Source of the DNA: Paracoccaceae bacterium
Lineage (GTDB): Bacteria > Pseudomonadota > Alphaproteobacteria > Rhodobacterales > Rhodobacteraceae
NCBI GenBank assembly: GCA_007134865.1
Contig: SLJW01000083.1
Coordinates: 1 to 54,579 of the forward strand
Length of the DNA stretch: 54,579 bases
Reading direction: 5' to 3'
In this document: piece by piece, positions 1 to 10,567 of the stretch
How positions within the stretch are numbered: position 1 is the stretch's first letter
Layout of the letters: each line of letters opens with the position of its first letter
The notes under the pieces: generated by a model
What the model saw: only the letters and a program-made list of their open reading frames with translations
Database searches by the model: none
Told to the model about the DNA's origin: nothing
Program-made: the position numbers and the translations under genes

Positions 1-2
1 AC

Positions 3-2960
3 GAAAACCCGGCCCGCTTCCGGCAGGTTGACCCCGGCACCGAGTTGCGCCTTGTAGAACGCGCGCGCGAAATTGCGCGCCCAGCCCATCACTTCACCGG
101 TCGAGCGCATCTCGGGGCCGAGCAACGTGTCCACACCGGGGAACCGCGCAAAAGGCAGCACCGCTTCCTTGACCGAGAACCAGGGCGTCTGCGGGTCGGC
201 CAGAGTGAGCGGATCAGCCAGCGGCATCGGCTCTGAGGGTGCGACATCGGTCTTGTAAGGCGCGCGCATCGGGAAGGCCGAGAGGCTCTCGCCCGCCATC
301 AGTCGCGCAGCGATCGAGGCAATGGCGCTGTCCGTCGCCTTGGCCACAAAGGGCACTGTGCGCGAGGCTCGGGGGTTCACCTCAAGCACGAAGATCTCGC
401 CATCCTTGATGGCGAATTGCACATTCATCAGGCCCACGACATTCAGGCCCTTTGCCAGCGCCTGGGTCTGGCGGCGCAATTCTGCAATGGTGTCCGGGCT
501 CAGCGTGTACGGCGGCAGCGAGCAGGCCGAATCGCCAGAATGCACGCCCGCTTCCTCGATATGCTGCATGATGCCCGCGACATGCACCGCCTCGCCATCG
601 CAGAGCGCGTCCACATCGACCTCGACCGCGCCGACAAGATAGCTGTCCAGAAGCACCGGGTTCTTGCCCGAGACGACCACCGCCTCGCGGATGTAGCGTT
701 CCAGATGCGCGTCATCGCGCACGATCTCCATCGCGCGCCCGCCCAGCACATAGGACGGGCGAATGACCAGCGGATAGCCTACCTGTTGCGCAATCTCGAA
801 AGCCTGTTGCGGGGTCGTGGCGATGCCATTGACCGGCTGACGCAGGCCCAGCTTGTGCAACAGCGCCTGAAACCGCTCGCGATCCTCGGCAAGGTCGATT
901 GCATCGGGCGAGGTGCCAAGGATAGGGATGCCCTCTGCCTCCAGCGCATTGGCGAGTTTCAGCGGCGTCTGGCCGCCGAATTGCACGATTACGCCATGAA
1001 GTGTGCCGCGTTCCTGTTCCACGCGAAGGATTTCCAGAACATGCTCGAGGGTCAAGGGCTCGAAATAGAGCCTGTCCGAGGTGTCATAATCCGTGCTCAC
1101 CGTTTCGGGGTTGCAGTTGATCATGATCGTCTCATAGCCCGCATCGGACAGCGCGAAACAGGCATGGCAGCAGCAATAATCAAACTCGATCCCCTGTCCG
1201 ATTCGGTTGGGGCCGCCACCCAGAATGACGACCTTCTTGCGGTCGGAGGGTCGCGCCTCGCACTCCACCTCGCCCATGACGGGGGACTCGTAGGTCGAAT
1301 ACATGTAGGGGGTCTGCGCCTCGAATTCGGCGGCGCAGGTGTCAATGCGCTTGAAGACCGCGTTGACGCCAAGATTGAGCCGCGCTCGACGGACCTGATC
1401 CTCGTCGCGCCCCGTAAGCGCGGCGAGGCGCGCGTCAGTGAAGCCCAGCATCTTGAGCGCACGCAGTCCCTGCTCCGACATGGGCAGGCCCTCACGGCGG
1501 ATGGTCTCCTCCGCATCGATGATCTCGCGGATACGTGTCAGAAACCAAGGGTCGAAAGCGGTCGCTGCCTGTATTTCATCATTCGAAAGGCCCTCGCGCA
1601 TGGCTTGGGCAATCAGCCGCAACCGGTCCGGTGTCTGGGCGCTGATTACCTTGACGATAGCGGCGCGGTCTGGCGCGCCGGGAATTGCGATTTCGTCAAA
1701 CCCGCTCTGCCCCGTCTCCATCGACGCGAGCGCCTTTTGCATCGATTCATGGAAAGTCCGGCCAATGGCCATTGCTTCGCCGACCGATTTCATGGCCGTG
1801 GTCAATTCAGGTTTCGAGCCGGGAAACTTTTCGAAAGCGAACCTTGGGATTTTGGTGACCACATAATCTATGGTCGGCTCGAAACTCGCCGGTGTTACTT
1901 TCGTGATGTCATTGTCCAATTCGTCCAGCGTGTAACCGACCGCCAGTTTCGCTGCGATCTTTGCAATCGGGAAACCTGTGGCTTTGGAGGCCAGCGCCGA
2001 CGAGCGCGACACGCGCGGGTTCATCTCGATCACGACCATGCGGCCATTCTCGGGGTTGATCGCCCATTGCACGTTCGAGCCGCCCGTCTCGACCCCGATC
2101 TCGCGCAGCACGGCAATCGAGCCATTGCGCATGATCTGGTATTCCTTGTCGGTCAGCGTCAGCGCCGGGGCAACCGTGATCGAATCGCCTGTATGCACGC
2201 CCATCGGATCCACATTCTCGATGGAACAGACGATGATGGCGTTGTCGGCCTTGTCGCGGACAACTTCCATCTCGAACTCTTTCCAGCCTAGAAGCGACTC
2301 ATCGATCAGGATTTGCGCGACCGGCGAGGCATCAAGTCCAGAACGACAAATCCGTTCATAATCATCACGGTTATAGGCCACACCTCCACCAGTACCGCCG
2401 AGTGTGTAAGCAGGGCGGATAATCGCGGGCAGGCCAATGTCTTCGAGCGCGGCCATGGCGTCAGCGACGCCCTTGCCAATATCGAACTTGCCATTGTCCA
2501 ACTTCGGAGCCGCCACGATGGTCGCACGCGGGTTCTCCAGCCCGATGCGGTCCATCGCCTCGCGGAAGAGCTTGCGATCCTCGGCCATCTCTATGGCCTG
2601 CCGGTTCGCCCCGATCAGCTCGACGCCGAATTTCTCAAGCACCCCCATATCGGCCAGCGCCAGAGAGGTGTTCAGCCCGGTCTGCCCGCCCATGGTCGGC
2701 AAAAGCGCGTCCGGGCGCTCCTTCTCGATGATCTTGGCCACGATCTCGGGGGTGATCGGTTCGATATAGGTTGCATCGGCGAGGCCGGGGTCGGTCATGA
2801 TGGTAGCCGGGTTGGAGTTGACCAAGATGACCCGATACCCCTCTTCGCGCAGCGCCTTGCAGGCCTGCACGCCGGAATAGTCGAATTCGCAAGCCTGGCC
2901 GATGACAATTGGCCCTGCTCCGATGATCATGATGGATTGGATGTCGGTTCTCTTCGGCAT
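3..2960 (-). CDS. carB: Carbamoyl-phosphate synthase large subunit (3' end runs off the window start)
   Basis: Read manually; missing from the ORF track because there is no stop in the window. ATG at 2960 gives [30 protein letters not shown], with second-half motif [19 protein letters not shown]. Confidence 0.97.
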   Translation of the reverse strand, partial: MPKRTDIQSIMIIGAGPIVIGQACEFDYSGVQACKALREEGYRVILVNSNPATIMTDPGLADATYIEPITPEIVAKIIEKERPDALLPTMGGQTGLNTSLALADMGVLEKFGVELIGANRQAIEMAEDRKLFREAMDRIGLENPRATIVAAPKLDNGKFDIGKGVADAMAALEDIGLPAIIRPAYTLGGTGGGVAYNRDDYERICRSGLDASPVAQILIDESLLGWKEFEMEVVRDKADNAIIVCSIENVDPMGVHTGDSITVAPALTLTDKEYQIMRNGSIAVLREIGVETGGSNVQWAINPENGRMVVIEMNPRVSRSSALASKATGFPIAKIAAKLAVGYTLDELDNDITKVTPASFEPTIDYVVTKIPRFAFEKFPGSKPELTTAMKSVGEAMAIGRTFHESMQKALASMETGQSGFDEIAIPGAPDRAAIVKVISAQTPDRLRLIAQAMREGLSNDEIQAATAFDPWFLTRIREIIDAEETIRREGLPMSEQGLRALKMLGFTDARLAALTGRDEDQVRRARLNLGVNAVFKRIDTCAAEFEAQTPYMYSTYESPVMGEVECEARPSDRKKVVILGGGPNRIGQGIEFDYCCCHACFALSDAGYETIMINCNPETVSTDYDTSDRLYFEPLTLEHVLEILRVEQERGTLHGVIVQFGGQTPLKLANALEAEGIPILGTSPDAIDLAEDRERFQALLHKLGLRQPVNGIATTPQQAFEIAQQVGYPLVIRPSYVLGGRAMEIVRDDAHLERYIREAVVVSGKNPVLLDSYLVGAVEVDVDALCDGEAVHVAGIMQHIEEAGVHSGDSACSLPPYTLSPDTIAELRRQTQALAKGLNVVGLMNVQFAIKDGEIFVLEVNPRASRTVPFVAKATDSAIASIAARLMAGESLSAFPMRAPYKTDVAPSEPMPLADPLTLADPQTPWFSVKEAVLPFARFPGVDTLLGPEMRSTGEVMGWARNFARAFYKAQLGAGVNLPEAGRVF

Positions 2961-3202
2961 CAGTGACCCCCGGATGACCTGCACATCTGCCAGCCGGCAG
3001 ACAAATTGAGGCGCGTTATAATGATGACCCACCCCAGCGCAAGACCCGTTGCGATGCCGACATTGCGTCCCGGTCCGCGTAAGGCTTATCTTTACCAAAG
3101 GAAGGCTAGATCAGAAGTTGCAGGAACCGCTCGGCAGTTCGAAAGGTCGCGAAGGACGACCTGGCAAACGCCTCGAAGCCTGCGCTGCGAGAGAGTGCCA
3201 AA

Positions 3203-5344
3203 GTGCCCGAAACAGACACGGATGCAACATCCAGCAATGAAGCGCGCCTGACCGAGATCCAGGCGCTAGTGGTCGAGTTGATCCACGTTCTGCTGGCGAG
3301 TGACATTGTCGATGTCGATGCCGCTATCAACGAATGTCTCGCGCGATTGGGCGAATACGCAAAGCGCGACCGGACTTATGTCTTCGTGCGCGACAACGAA
3401 CATGCTGATAATACGCATGAATGGTGCGCGCCCGGCATCCCGGCGATGATCGATCAGTTGCAGGGTCTGCCGATCGCCGAATACGGCGCGCTTTTCGATC
3501 CGTTGATCCAGAATCAGGTGATCCTGATCCCCGATATCGACGATTTCCTTCCTGGCTCACCCGAACATGAGCTTCTGGCCGCGCAGGAAATCCGGTCGCT
3601 GCTGCTGGTCCCGATGCTGGAGGGTCCGGAGTTTTTCGGGTTCGTCGGCTTTGATTCGGTTGCCGAGCGCGGCGATTTCTTGCCCGGCGAGGTCTATCTG
3701 CTGCGCGCTTTCGCCGATGTCGTGCGCTCGGTCCTTTTGCACCGCTCGGCGACCGAGGACCTGGCACGCGAACGTGCCTTTCTGGAGGGCATTGTCAGCA
3801 CCACAGCGGCCGGTCTGCTGGTGCTGGATGGGGACGGCACGATCATCTTCGCCAACAAGGCCTGCGAGGATGTCCTCGGCGTCCCGGTCGATGCGCTGAT
3901 CGGCATGAATTGTGACAGTCCGGACTGGGAATTGCTCGACCTTGAAGGGCGACCCCTGAGCAAGGAAGAGAGGCCATTCTACCGCGTCATGAAAACGGGC
4001 GCGGATGTCACAAATTGCCGCGTCGCGCTGCGGATGGACAAGCGCATTCGCTATGTATCCATCAACGCAGCCCCGATCCCGACAGAAGCCGCATCATCCG
4101 GTCGCGTGCTCTATGCAGTGTCGGACGTGACAGCACTGGTGCGTGCCGAACAATCGCGCGAGGCCGCCTTAGCCGAGGCGCGGCGTGCAAACGAGACGAA
4201 ATCGAATTTCCTTGCCAAGATGAGCCACGAATTGCGCACGCCCCTGAACGGCGTGCTCGGGATCACCGAGATCCTTGCTGACACGACGCAGGACGCCGAT
4301 CAACGCCAGCTCATATCGATCCTGCACGATTCGGGGCAATTGCTGATGAACATCATCAACGATCTGCTCGACATGACGCGGATCGAAGCCAACGCCCTGC
4401 ATCTGGAACAGATTCCCTTCTCACTCGCGGAACTGGCTCGGCGCACGGAGGAAGTACACACGCTGCGCGCCTCGGAAAAGCGGCTGTCCTTTGCAGTCAC
4501 GCTGGACGACAAGCTGGGCGCGCCGCGGCTTGGCGACCCGCACCGGCTGATGCAGATCATGCACAACCTGATCAGCAATGCGCTTAAGTTCACCGAAGCC
4601 GGGCATGTCACTGTCATGATTCGCGCCCCGGACCGTGGGCATGTCGTTATTGAAGTGTCCGACAGCGGGATCGGGATGAGTGCCGCGCAGCAGTTAAAGG
4701 TGCTGGAACCCTTCACCCAGGCCGATACCAGCATTTCGCGACGGTTCGGCGGAACGGGCCTCGGCATGGCAATCGTCAAGTCTCTCACCGAACTCTTTGG
4801 CGGCACCCTCGAAATCAACAGCAGGCAAGGTGAAGGGACGCGCGTGACCGTACGTCTGCCGCTGGCAGCGGACCACAAAGCCTCAGCCGAGCCGCAGACA
4901 CCCACGCCGATGGCGGCACAGGAACTCCCGCACATCTCGGTTCTCGCAATCGACGACAATCGGACCAACCTTATCGTTCTGAGCATGATGCTGGGCCGCA
5001 TCGGCGCGAAGGTTGTGCTCGCGGGCAGCGGGCGGGAAGCGCTTGCGGCTTTTGGGCAGGAACGATTTGACCTCGTCATCTGCGATATTTCCATGCCAGA
5101 GATGGATGGCATTACGCTGCTCAGGGCGTTTCGGCAGATGGAATCTGAACGCCAGGTCCGAAAAACCCCGGCCATCGCCTTCACTGCCAATGCCATGACG
5201 CATCAGGTCGAAAGCTATCTGGCCTGCGGTTTCGATGGCTGCCTGACGAAACCCGTCAAGCTGGAAAGCCTTGTCGATGTGGTGGGCGCTGTGCTGCGCG
5301 ACCACCCGCCAGTTGCGGCGGCGGCCCGTAGCACTGTTCCTTGA
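3203..5344 (+). CDS. Cytoplasmic hybrid sensor histidine kinase (GAF-PAS-HisKA-HATPase-REC)
   Basis: GAF-like THEWCAPGI; PAS-like GLLVLDGDGTIIFAN; H-box FLAKMSHELRTPLNG; N-box NLISNALKFT; G-boxes DSGIGM and GGTGLGMAI; receiver DISMPEMDG...KP. No TM helix evident. Confidence 0.93.
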   Translation: MPETDTDATSSNEARLTEIQALVVELIHVLLASDIVDVDAAINECLARLGEYAKRDRTYVFVRDNEHADNTHEWCAPGIPAMIDQLQGLPIAEYGALFDPLIQNQVILIPDIDDFLPGSPEHELLAAQEIRSLLLVPMLEGPEFFGFVGFDSVAERGDFLPGEVYLLRAFADVVRSVLLHRSATEDLARERAFLEGIVSTTAAGLLVLDGDGTIIFANKACEDVLGVPVDALIGMNCDSPDWELLDLEGRPLSKEERPFYRVMKTGADVTNCRVALRMDKRIRYVSINAAPIPTEAASSGRVLYAVSDVTALVRAEQSREAALAEARRANETKSNFLAKMSHELRTPLNGVLGITEILADTTQDADQRQLISILHDSGQLLMNIINDLLDMTRIEANALHLEQIPFSLAELARRTEEVHTLRASEKRLSFAVTLDDKLGAPRLGDPHRLMQIMHNLISNALKFTEAGHVTVMIRAPDRGHVVIEVSDSGIGMSAAQQLKVLEPFTQADTSISRRFGGTGLGMAIVKSLTELFGGTLEINSRQGEGTRVTVRLPLAADHKASAEPQTPTPMAAQELPHISVLAIDDNRTNLIVLSMMLGRIGAKVVLAGSGREALAAFGQERFDLVICDISMPEMDGITLLRAFRQMESERQVRKTPAIAFTANAMTHQVESYLACGFDGCLTKPVKLESLVDVVGAVLRDHPPVAAAARSTVP

Positions 5345-5347
5345 AGC

Positions 5348-5998
5348 TCAGGGTTTTGCCGGCAACCGAACCTCATCCTCACGGCAATCTCGGGCCAGAA
5401 GGGCGTCATCACAGCGGCGCGGGTTCAGACCGTGGTTCAGGCAGAGCCGGATCTCCTGCGCCCTGCCCTCGCGGCAGGTCAGAATTGCCATCTCGGAGCC
5501 GATGGAAGGGTTGGCCTTGCGAAAGACCTCGAGAATCAGCGCCGGCGCGCGTTCGATATCGGCCTCGCGTGCACGGATCGGCTCCGGGAAGTGCAACGCC
5601 GCAAAGGCAGCGCGAGTCCGCGCGAAATAGGCTCCGGGGTCGAGCCCGGAGCATGTGCCATGCTTTCGCCGTTGATGCCACGCGAGCCCTTCAGAGCCCA
5701 TGATATCCAGCATGGACGCAACGAGTTGCCGATCGGGCGGGGCATGCGGTGTGTCGCAGAATTCGGGCCAGCCGCCATCCTCATGCTGCGGCCAGAGCCC
5801 GTGGACAAGCCAGCCCGCCCCCGCGCCCGACGCGCAGCGCGCATCGCCGCGTGTGGCACCCTCGGCGGCGCACCAGCTTGGCGTCCAGCTCAGCGCGAGA
5901 ACATAGTAGCCGTCTACCTCCTGCCGGGGTTGCAGGCCCTGCCAGACCCAGAGACCGAAAGCCAGACCAGCCAGCACCACAATGGTCAACCAGCGCAT
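5348..5998 (-). CDS. Ribonuclease T2/RNase I family, with N-terminal signal or anchor
   Basis: YYVLALSWTPSWC, CAS I VHGLWPQ, CAS II-like HQRRKHGTC; hydrophobic N-terminus. Confidence 0.92.
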   Translation of the reverse strand: MRWLTIVVLAGLAFGLWVWQGLQPRQEVDGYYVLALSWTPSWCAAEGATRGDARCASGAGAGWLVHGLWPQHEDGGWPEFCDTPHAPPDRQLVASMLDIMGSEGLAWHQRRKHGTCSGLDPGAYFARTRAAFAALHFPEPIRAREADIERAPALILEVFRKANPSIGSEMAILTCREGRAQEIRLCLNHGLNPRRCDDALLARDCREDEVRLPAKP

Positions 5999-6143
5999 TT
6001 TTGCTTTTCCTCTACGCCTAGTTTGGCTATATACGCTCTCATCCCCGACATCGAGGACAGTGCAGGCCCGGCCTGCCGCCGATTTCCGGCACCAAAGCGA
6101 TATTGCGCGCGCGCCCCGCGCTCCTATGACAGGAGGTCACATC

Positions 6144-6917
6144 ATGTCAAAACCCCTGATGCCCAAGGCCACGGCCGTCTGGCTTGTGGATAACACAACG
6201 CTCAGTTTCAAGCAGATCGCGGATTTCTGCGGCTTGCACGAGTTGGAGGTGCAAGGCATCGCGGATGGCGATGTCGCAGCCGGGGTCAAGGGCTTCGACC
6301 CGGTCGCCAATACCCAGCTCGACCCGATCGAGATCGAGCGCGGCGAAAAAGACCCGGCCTACAAGCTGAAGCTGAAATACAACCCCGCCGCTGAGGGCGA
6401 GGAAAAGCGCCGCGGGCCGCGTTATACTCCGCTTTCCAAGCGCCAGGACCGTCCAGCGTCGATCCTATGGCTGGTGAAGTTCCATCCCGAGCTCGCCGAC
6501 GCCCAGATCCGCCGTCTGGTCGGCACTACCAATTCGACAATCCAAGCCATTCGCGAGCGGACGCATTGGAACATCGCCAACCTGCAACCCATCGACCCGG
6601 TCGCGCTTGGCCTTTGCCGTCAATCCGAGTTGGACAAGGAAGTGCAAAAAGCTGCTGCCAAGCGCGCGGATGCTGGCGAGGTCATGAGCGACGACGAACG
6701 CCGCAAGCTCGTCTCGACCGAGCAGTCGCTGGAAATGGAAGAAGAACCCAAGATGCCTGCCAGCATCGCCGGGCTGGAAAACTTCTCGATCAGCGATCTG
6801 AATGAAACACCCGAAGATACGGCCAAGGCGGCTGATTACAGCGATGCCGAGAGTTTCTTCAATCTGCCCGAGGATGACGAGGACGAAGACGAGGAAGAGG
6901 ACAGCACCAGCCGCTAG
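6144..6917 (+). CDS. trcR: DUF1013 family protein (TrcR-like RNA polymerase-associated cell-cycle regulator)
   Basis: MSKPLMPKATAVWLVDNTTLSFKQIADFCGLHELEVQGIADG is the DUF1013 N-terminus; AGGAGG at 6131-6136 supports ATG 6144; acidic tail. Confidence 0.9.
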   Translation: MSKPLMPKATAVWLVDNTTLSFKQIADFCGLHELEVQGIADGDVAAGVKGFDPVANTQLDPIEIERGEKDPAYKLKLKYNPAAEGEEKRRGPRYTPLSKRQDRPASILWLVKFHPELADAQIRRLVGTTNSTIQAIRERTHWNIANLQPIDPVALGLCRQSELDKEVQKAAAKRADAGEVMSDDERRKLVSTEQSLEMEEEPKMPASIAGLENFSISDLNETPEDTAKAADYSDAESFFNLPEDDEDEDEEEDSTSR

Positions 6918-6986
6918 GCGCGGTGGCTTTTCTCTGGCGCTGATCTGGGCTAGGGCCAGCGCAAAGGTCGATTTCGGGGAAGAGAC

Positions 6987-9407
6987 ATGAAATTCACGCT
7001 GTCCTGGCTCAAGGACCATCTGGAAACCGAGGCAACGCTGTCCGAGATTGCCGAGGCGCTCACCGATCTGGGGCTCGAGGTAGAAGAGATCAGTGACCCT
7101 GCCGACAGCTTGGGCGCCTTTCGCATCGCCCGGGTGATCGAAGCCGCCCAGCACCCCGACGCTGACCGCCTGCGCCTGTGCCGGGTCGAGACCTGGCCCA
7201 CTGGGCCGGACGGCCCTTCGGAGGAAGTGCAGGTCGTCTGCGGCGCGCCGAATGCGCGCACAGGGATGCGTGGGGTATTTGCGCCTGTTGGCACGCATAT
7301 TCCCGGCACCGGTATCGAACTGAAACCTGGTGTGATCCGGGGGCAAGCCAGCAACGGGATGCTGTGTTCCGAACGCGAATTGATGCTCTCGGATGATCAT
7401 GACGGCATAATCGACCTGCCCGAGGATGCACCCTTGGGCGTGCGCTATATGGATTATGCCGGGCTGAATGACCCGGTGATCGACATTTCCATCACCCCCA
7501 ACCGCCCTGACGCGCTGGGCGTGCGCGGCGTTGCGCGCGATCTGGCCGCGCGGGGGCTGGGTGTACTGAAACCTCTGGCGGTGGAACCTGTGGCCGGGCA
7601 GTTCGACAGCCCGATCAGCGTGACCATTGACCCGGCGCTGAAGGACAAGGGCTGCCCGCTCTTTGCCGGTCGCGTGATCCGCGGCGTGAAGAACGGCCCC
7701 TCGCCCGACTGGCTGCAAAAGCGGTTGCGCGCCATCGGGCTGCGTCCGATTTCGGCGCTGGTCGATATTACCAATTTCTTCACCTTCGCGCTTAATCGCC
7801 CGCTGCATGTCTTTGATGCCGCCAAAGTTCAAGGCGGGTTGCGCATCCACCCGGCGCAGGGCGGTGAGGAATTGCTGGCGCTGGACGGAAAGACCTATCG
7901 GCTCGAGACGGGGCAAATGGTCATCTCGGATGACACGGGCCCCGAAAGCCTTGCCGGCATCATGGGCGGCGAGCATTCGGGCTGCACCGAAGCCACTGTC
8001 GATGTGTTTCTGGAATCCGCCTATTGGGACCCGATCACCATTGCTGCCACCGGACGCGCACTGAAAATCAATTCGGATGCGCGCTACCGCTTCGAGCGCG
8101 GCGTGGACCCGGACTTCACTATTGACGGGCTGGAACTGGCGACGCGCATGGTGCTTGAGCTTTGCGGCGGAGAACCCTCGCATGTGGTGTTGGATGGCGC
8201 GGTGCCCGACACGACCCGCAGCTACCGCTTTGACCCCACGCGCATGGGCGCGCTGGTGGGCATGGACATCCCCGAGGCCACGCAGCGAGAGATTTTGGCC
8301 GCACTTGGCTTCCGGCTGGAGGGTGATCAAGCTTGCCCGCCAAGCTGGCGGCCGGATATTCTGGGGGCGGCCGATCTGGTCGAGGAAATCGCCCGCATTG
8401 CCTCACTCAGCAAGCTTGAAGCGCAGCCCCTGCCCCGCGTGCAGGTCGGCGTGCCGCGCCCAATCCTGACGCCCCTGCAGTCGCGCGAGCGTGCGGCGCG
8501 GCGGATGCTGGCGGGGCTCGGGTATAATGAATGCGTGACCTACAGTTTCATTGACGCGGTGTCGGCGCAGGGCTTTGGCGGTGGCAGTGAGGACGTGCGG
8601 CTGGAAAACCCGATCTCGTCCGAGATGACGCATATGCGCCCGGACCTGCTGCCGGGGCTATTGCAGGCCGCCGCCCGCAATCAGGCACGCGGCACGCTCG
8701 ATTGCGCCTTGTTCGAGGTTGGCCCCGCCTTCTCGGGCGGCGAACCGGGCGAGCAGCATGTGCAGGCGGCGGGGGTGCTCGTCGGCGCCACTGGCCCACG
8801 CGACCCGCATGGCGCGCGCCGCGTGGTCGATGTGTTCGACGTCAAGGCCGATGCCGAGGCGGTGCTTTCGGCCATCGGCGCGCCTGCGCGGATGCAGATC
8901 AACCGCAAGGTGCCGGAGTGGTTCCATCCGGGGCGCTCGGGTGTCATCTCGCTCGGACCGAAACTGCCGCTCGCGGTCTTCGGCGAGTTGCACCCACGCG
9001 TGCTCAAAGCCTTTGACATCAAGGGGCCGGTCATGGGCTTCACGGTCTGGCTGGAAAACCCGCCGCAGCCCAAAACGCGCAAGACCACGCGCCCCTCGCT
9101 CGTCGTCTCGGCCTTGCAACCGGTCGAGCGTGATTTCGCCTTTGTCGTCGCGCAAGAGGTCGAAGCCCTGACGGCTGTCAATGCGGCCCTCGGGGCCGAC
9201 AAGGCGCTGATCGAGGCAGTTCAGGTCTTTGACGAATTCACCGGCCCCAAGGCCGAGGCGCAATTCGGGGCGGGCCGCAAATCGCTGGCGATTGCCGTGC
9301 GCCTGCAACCTGTGGACAAGACCCTGACCGAGGACGAGATCGAAGCTGTCAGCCGCAAGATCGTAGAGAAGGTCGAAAAGGCCACAGGCGGCCAGTTACG
9401 CGGCTAG
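6987..9407 (+). CDS. pheT: Phenylalanine-tRNA ligase beta subunit
   Basis: MKFTLSWLK, HPDADRL, VVCGAPNAR, TPNRPDALG, SDARYRFERGVD, ERDFAF; 806 aa. Confidence 0.98.
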   Translation: MKFTLSWLKDHLETEATLSEIAEALTDLGLEVEEISDPADSLGAFRIARVIEAAQHPDADRLRLCRVETWPTGPDGPSEEVQVVCGAPNARTGMRGVFAPVGTHIPGTGIELKPGVIRGQASNGMLCSERELMLSDDHDGIIDLPEDAPLGVRYMDYAGLNDPVIDISITPNRPDALGVRGVARDLAARGLGVLKPLAVEPVAGQFDSPISVTIDPALKDKGCPLFAGRVIRGVKNGPSPDWLQKRLRAIGLRPISALVDITNFFTFALNRPLHVFDAAKVQGGLRIHPAQGGEELLALDGKTYRLETGQMVISDDTGPESLAGIMGGEHSGCTEATVDVFLESAYWDPITIAATGRALKINSDARYRFERGVDPDFTIDGLELATRMVLELCGGEPSHVVLDGAVPDTTRSYRFDPTRMGALVGMDIPEATQREILAALGFRLEGDQACPPSWRPDILGAADLVEEIARIASLSKLEAQPLPRVQVGVPRPILTPLQSRERAARRMLAGLGYNECVTYSFIDAVSAQGFGGGSEDVRLENPISSEMTHMRPDLLPGLLQAAARNQARGTLDCALFEVGPAFSGGEPGEQHVQAAGVLVGATGPRDPHGARRVVDVFDVKADAEAVLSAIGAPARMQINRKVPEWFHPGRSGVISLGPKLPLAVFGELHPRVLKAFDIKGPVMGFTVWLENPPQPKTRKTTRPSLVVSALQPVERDFAFVVAQEVEALTAVNAALGADKALIEAVQVFDEFTGPKAEAQFGAGRKSLAIAVRLQPVDKTLTEDEIEAVSRKIVEKVEKATGGQLRG

Positions 9408-9507
9408 GCCGCGCTCCTGCCTCTCGCGCACAGGCCCCGTGCGCCTGTGCGCCTTGTCCCTTGCCCCCCGGATCGCAGATAGAGGGGCGAGCAGACAGGA
9501 GATAACA

Positions 9508-10488
9508 ATGGGCCAGCTTATCGATGGCGAATGGTCAACCGAATGGTATGACACCAAATCCACCGGCGGGGCGTTCAAGCGCAGCACGTCGAAATTCCGC
9601 AACTGGGTGACCTCGGATGGCCGCCCCGGCCCCTCGGGCGAAGGCGGCTTCAAGGCCGAGGCAGGACGTTACCACCTCTATGTTTCCTATGCCTGCCCGT
9701 GGGCGCATCGGACGCTGATCTTTCGTGCGTTGAAAGGGTTGGAGGGGCTGATCGATGTCTCTGCCGTGCATCCCGATATGCTGGATGACGGCTGGACCTT
9801 TGACACCGATTTCGACGGTGCGACCGGCGACCGGTTACACGGGGCGCAGTTCATGCGCGAAGTCTATCTGCGCGCGGACCCGAAGATCTCGGGGCGGGTG
9901 ACGGTGCCGGTGCTCTGGGACAAGGCTCAGAACACCATCGTCTCGAATGAATCCGCCGAGATCATCCGCATGTTCAACTCGGCCTTTGACGGGCTGACGG
10001 GCAATAATGATGACTACTACCCCGAGGAGTTGCGCGCCGAGATCGATGAGGTGAATGCGCGTATCTATGACACGCTCAACAACGGGGTCTACAAATCCGG
10101 CTTCGCCACCACGCAAGAGGCCTATGACAAGGCGGTGCACCCGCTCTTCGACACGCTCGACTGGCTGGAAGAGCGCCTGTCAACCCGGCGCTACCTGATG
10201 GGCGAGCGGCTGACCGAGGCGGACTGGCGGCTGTTCACCACGCTGGTACGCTTCGACAGCGTCTATCACCTGCATTTCAAGTGCAACCGCCGCCGGATCG
10301 TGGATTACCCGGCGCTCTGGGCCTATACCCGCGAGCTATACCAGCGTCCCGGCGTGGCAGAGACCGTTCGCTTGGATCATATCGTGCAGCATTACCATTA
10401 CAGCCATGACACGATAAACCCGAACCGGATCATTCCGATCAATCCAGTGCTGGATTTCACGGCACCGCATGGGCGAGAAAACCTCTGA
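9508..10488 (+). CDS. Glutathionyl-hydroquinone reductase / GST (YqjG-like)
   Basis: MGQLIDGEW, RYHLYVSYACPWAHR, VTVPVLWD, NESAEIIRM; AGGAG upstream of ATG 9508. Confidence 0.93.
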   Translation: MGQLIDGEWSTEWYDTKSTGGAFKRSTSKFRNWVTSDGRPGPSGEGGFKAEAGRYHLYVSYACPWAHRTLIFRALKGLEGLIDVSAVHPDMLDDGWTFDTDFDGATGDRLHGAQFMREVYLRADPKISGRVTVPVLWDKAQNTIVSNESAEIIRMFNSAFDGLTGNNDDYYPEELRAEIDEVNARIYDTLNNGVYKSGFATTQEAYDKAVHPLFDTLDWLEERLSTRRYLMGERLTEADWRLFTTLVRFDSVYHLHFKCNRRRIVDYPALWAYTRELYQRPGVAETVRLDHIVQHYHYSHDTINPNRIIPINPVLDFTAPHGRENL

Positions 10489-10532
10489 CCAGAGACTCAC
10501 GCAAAAGCGATTCCCTGCCTGCGCGCCTTGCG

Positions 10533-10547
10533 TTAACGTGGCCGTAA
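10533..10547. promoter_or_regulatory. Possible CtrA-type site upstream of the lytic transglycosylase
   Basis: TTAA-CGTGGCC-GTAA, one mismatch to TTAA-N7-TTAA, about 20 nt before the start codon. Confidence 0.35.
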
Positions 10548-10567
10548 AACCAGTGTGTGAGGGCAGG

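Noticed and set aside
417-2291. 624-aa ORF on the + strand (also 2313-2966)
   Set aside because: Antisense shadow of carB, a typical artefact of high-GC codon bias; no recognisable motifs.
6185-6193. Perfect DnaA box TGTGGATAA
   Set aside because: Single copy inside the trcR coding sequence (L-V-D-N codons), with no cluster or AT-rich unwinding element, so it is not evidence for oriC.
6465-8330. Long antisense ORFs over pheT, and likewise over lon, leuC (19156-20775), glpX/hom (50404-51981, 52042-53826) and nusA/rimP
   Set aside because: All lie opposite well-conserved core genes and have shadow-ORF composition.
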